Source: Takakia lepidozioides
Lineage: Eukaryota; Plantae; Bryophyta
Assembly (NCBI GenBank): GCA_030704615.1
Contig: CM060731.1
Location: forward strand, 87,110,001 to 87,174,000
DNA: 64,000 bases
Direction of reading: 5' to 3'
Shown in pieces: positions 61,412-64,000 of this stretch. Position 1 is the first letter of the stretch, and every line of letters begins with the position of its first letter. The notes below the pieces were generated by a model, which ran no database searches, had not been told where the DNA came from, and saw nothing but the letters and a program-made list of their open reading frames with translations. The position numbers and the translations under genes were made by a program.

Positions 61412-63320
61412 GGGGAATGTTTGCGCGTGAGCCTGTGAGCGCGTGAGCCCAGCCAGGCTCACGCCACATCAGCAAGGTTTCCCATGTGCAGGACCTAATT
61501 CCGCGGATGCCACCTATTTCCGCGGAATTGTAGGCGACTACCACGCCCCAAATTTGTCAGGTTGCATTGACGCAAGGTTGATTGGAAACCGCAGTGCATT
61601 TTGCTTAGGCTTCGAATTCTGCTATAACGTGTCTTCTTTTCCAGACCCAAATCAACCTTGTGTCAACGCAAGGTTGATTTCGGTTTGCTTTCATCTGTTT
61701 CCTTCAGATCTACTTGTAAGCAATTTTCAACCTTGCGTCAACACAAGGTTGTTTCATGTACACAATATAACGTTTCTTGGTTTGAAAATTTGCTTTTGAA
61801 TGATACTTTTCCAGACTCATATCAACCTTGCGTTAACGCAAGGTTGATTGACGTTTCATTTCATCTGCACTGTTCAACCTTTCGTTGTTGACGCAAGGTT
61901 GATTCTTTATCAGAATAGACCAATTCTGTGTTTTCATTATTGGTTTGGGCTGCCAGTTTTGAAGGCTCAATCAACCTTGCGTCAACGCAAGGTTGGTTGA
62001 GGTTTTCCCTTCTGTGTACCTACTGTGTCAGTGCTGAATTTTAACCTTGAAGAAATTGGTATATTGGGTGTGATTGTCAGGTACATCTACCATGTCCTCA
62101 TTCCGGGGAAGTATCTCAGCGATGATCCGGTTTTCATTTACATTTGGGCGGACCCCTCTAAGGATAAGACAATGTACACGGCTGGGATTGCGAAGGACTG
62201 GAGCAGGGTGCACTTCAGAGACTGCGGGTGGTACCTCGACTTACCAAAACAAGACACACCATTCGAGGAGGTGGTCATGAGGAACATCAATGACAACCCA
62301 GCAGCACTGGCACCACTCAGTGACAAAGACATTCAAGAGAGAATTATTCAGTCCCCCGCCGCAAAGGAGCCGGAAAAAAGTAGCACTCCCAAGCGGAAGG
62401 GGAAGGGTGCAGGAGATGGGAAGGGGAAGGGGAAGACTGTAGCTGGGCAAGAACAGGCTGTGCAGGACACCACGGAACGTCAACCTTCTCCGACTCGGAA
62501 GGACAAGAGAACTCCGAAAACTAAAGAACAGCCTTACAAGGCCAGAGAGCACCCTTCTCGGGTTTTGGGTCAATATCAAAGTGAGGTGGTTAACGAGAGC
62601 TTCTTGGCAATGATGGAATCCAGAAAATCCACATTCAAAGGAGAGAAATTGAAGACTTGGGATGTCCTGGTTTCTTTCCTCACTAAGGTGCCCACACAAA
62701 ACTCTACTTTGAATGTTTTTTATTTCCTTATGGATTTTGATTTCTTGCTAACTGGTCTATTGTTTTGGTTTTGTGGAACAGGTCACCAAAAGGCCCGAGT
62801 GGGTGAATGGAAGCCAACAAGCGTACGCAACTGACCTGGTGGTACTGGACATTCCGGATGGTTTGTCTGTGCCGGATGTGCTCCCTTCCAATGCAACACC
62901 AACATGGAACAAGTCAGATGCCCTTTTTTGGCAGTGGGTTTTTTCTTTCAGCAACAAATTCTTGTCTGATGCAAGTGCTCTTCTTCTGTTACAGGCAAAA
63001 GACATGCTGGCAGCGGGTGAGTTTAGGGTCATCAACTAGCTCTTATGCTAGTTTCATTCGGTTGTGTTTGTGCATGTTGAAAAAACTGAATTTTTCGGGT
63101 GTGTATGCAGACTCGGGTATTCGAGGCTTTGTGCTTGGTGAGGTTGCGTAAGGACACCCTCCCTCCTAGTGTTGCGGAGTTCCAATTGAGGGACCTTGCA
63201 GCACACATCGACCCCACCTGTGAGCCTGTGGAGGACGATGTCCTGTTCAACTACGTGGACTCAGGGCGGACCTTGAAAATGACGAATGGTGTCCCGTGGA
63301 GAGGTGCTCGGGAGAAATCT
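61412..63320 (+). mobile_element. Family D deletion derivative: TIR + palindrome array + 3' exons of accessory gene
   Basis: Terminus GGGGAAT-GTTT-GCG-CGTGAGCC similar to C. Exons from 62081 encode CGWYLDLP, VNESFLAMMESRKS, LVVLDIPDG, PTWN and VPWRGAREKS; homology then stops. Confidence 0.78.
61555..62000. repeat. Family D palindrome cluster ATCAACCTTGCG-N4-CGCAAGGTTGAT
   Basis: Six copies; perfect 28-bp palindrome at 61821-61848. Confidence 0.88.
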
Positions 63321-64000
63321 CTTGCTGCCGACAAGCTATGGTTTCTACGAAGCCACCAGACCTGCTGCCATGCTCTCTTGCGCTCTCACGGCCCACCAGA
63401 GGCGCCCCCAACTCAACAAGCAAGCTATATGTTGCCCAACAAGCTCCATTTCTTCATGAAGTTCACAAAAACAAATATGAAAATACACACCTTTACAAAC
63501 TTGGTGCACATGCACTTCTCATGCATATCCCCTGGCTCTAGGACGCCTCGCTGCTGCCCTTCCAGCCCCGCTCTTGCCACTCCAAGAGCCCTTACACTGC
63601 TGAGTTTCAGATTGAAACTCCAACTCAGCACATGCTTCACAAGTGCACTGATTTGCACACAAGAGGGACCAGCCCCCTCTCTTCACTCATACCTCTTCAT
63701 GAGCTTGGCGTTGAAGCTCCCAATAGGCTGCGATGCATCCCCTTGCAGCTCCTCTATTGGGCTGCTCCTCATCTACCCACAACAACTGATTTCGGGCAGA
63801 AATACCTGGAGCTGATCATATCATCTCCAACCTGCAACACGCTAGCTTCCCATGCGCAGCCCACATTCCTTCAGCTCGTTAACTCGGCCTGCAACTGAAG
63901 AAGACGACCACCAGTTCGCCCACTCGTGGCCAGCATCTCCTCCGCTTCATACTAGAAGCCCAAACTTGGTTGCCATAGCGTTGAGCTATGCAATGCTGAC

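Noticed and set aside
63320-64000. C-terminal part of ORF 63099-63815 as continuation of the D accessory gene
   Set aside because: Homology ends at GAREKS; the downstream sequence is unrelated and could not be assigned.

Overview
Eukaryotic, intron-containing and almost entirely transposon-derived DNA, most likely from a non-seed land plant or other streptophyte (inferred from Ty3/gypsy types, GT-AG introns and a plastid-type GIY-YIG gene relic). It is a nested TE cluster dominated by related Mutator-like (MULE) DNA transposons, labelled here A (two copies), B (complete, 29681-42580, 8-bp TSD), C, D and an end of E. The best-preserved elements carry a GCM-like/DDE/SWIM transposase head-to-head with a multi-exon accessory gene. 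That gene encodes a ParB-like N-terminal domain (DGNHRLLA) fused to a beta-class N6A/N4C DNA-methyltransferase fold whose catalytic motif reads DIPDG in all four families. Each family also carries arrays of its own palindrome, all built on a T(G/T)CG-N4-CG(C/A)A core. The arrays lie between the divergent genes, near the ends and in the same homologous intron; in family A they are phased at about 52 bp. This protein-plus-cognate-palindrome module is the main candidate for an undescribed system. Also present: a Ty3/gypsy element with a DNMT3-like C5 methyltransferase between protease and RT, a second gypsy, LINE and CACTA fragments, and a ~20-kb inverted, apparently circularly permuted block. 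All domain calls are from motif recognition by eye; no searches were run, and many internal boundaries are approximate.
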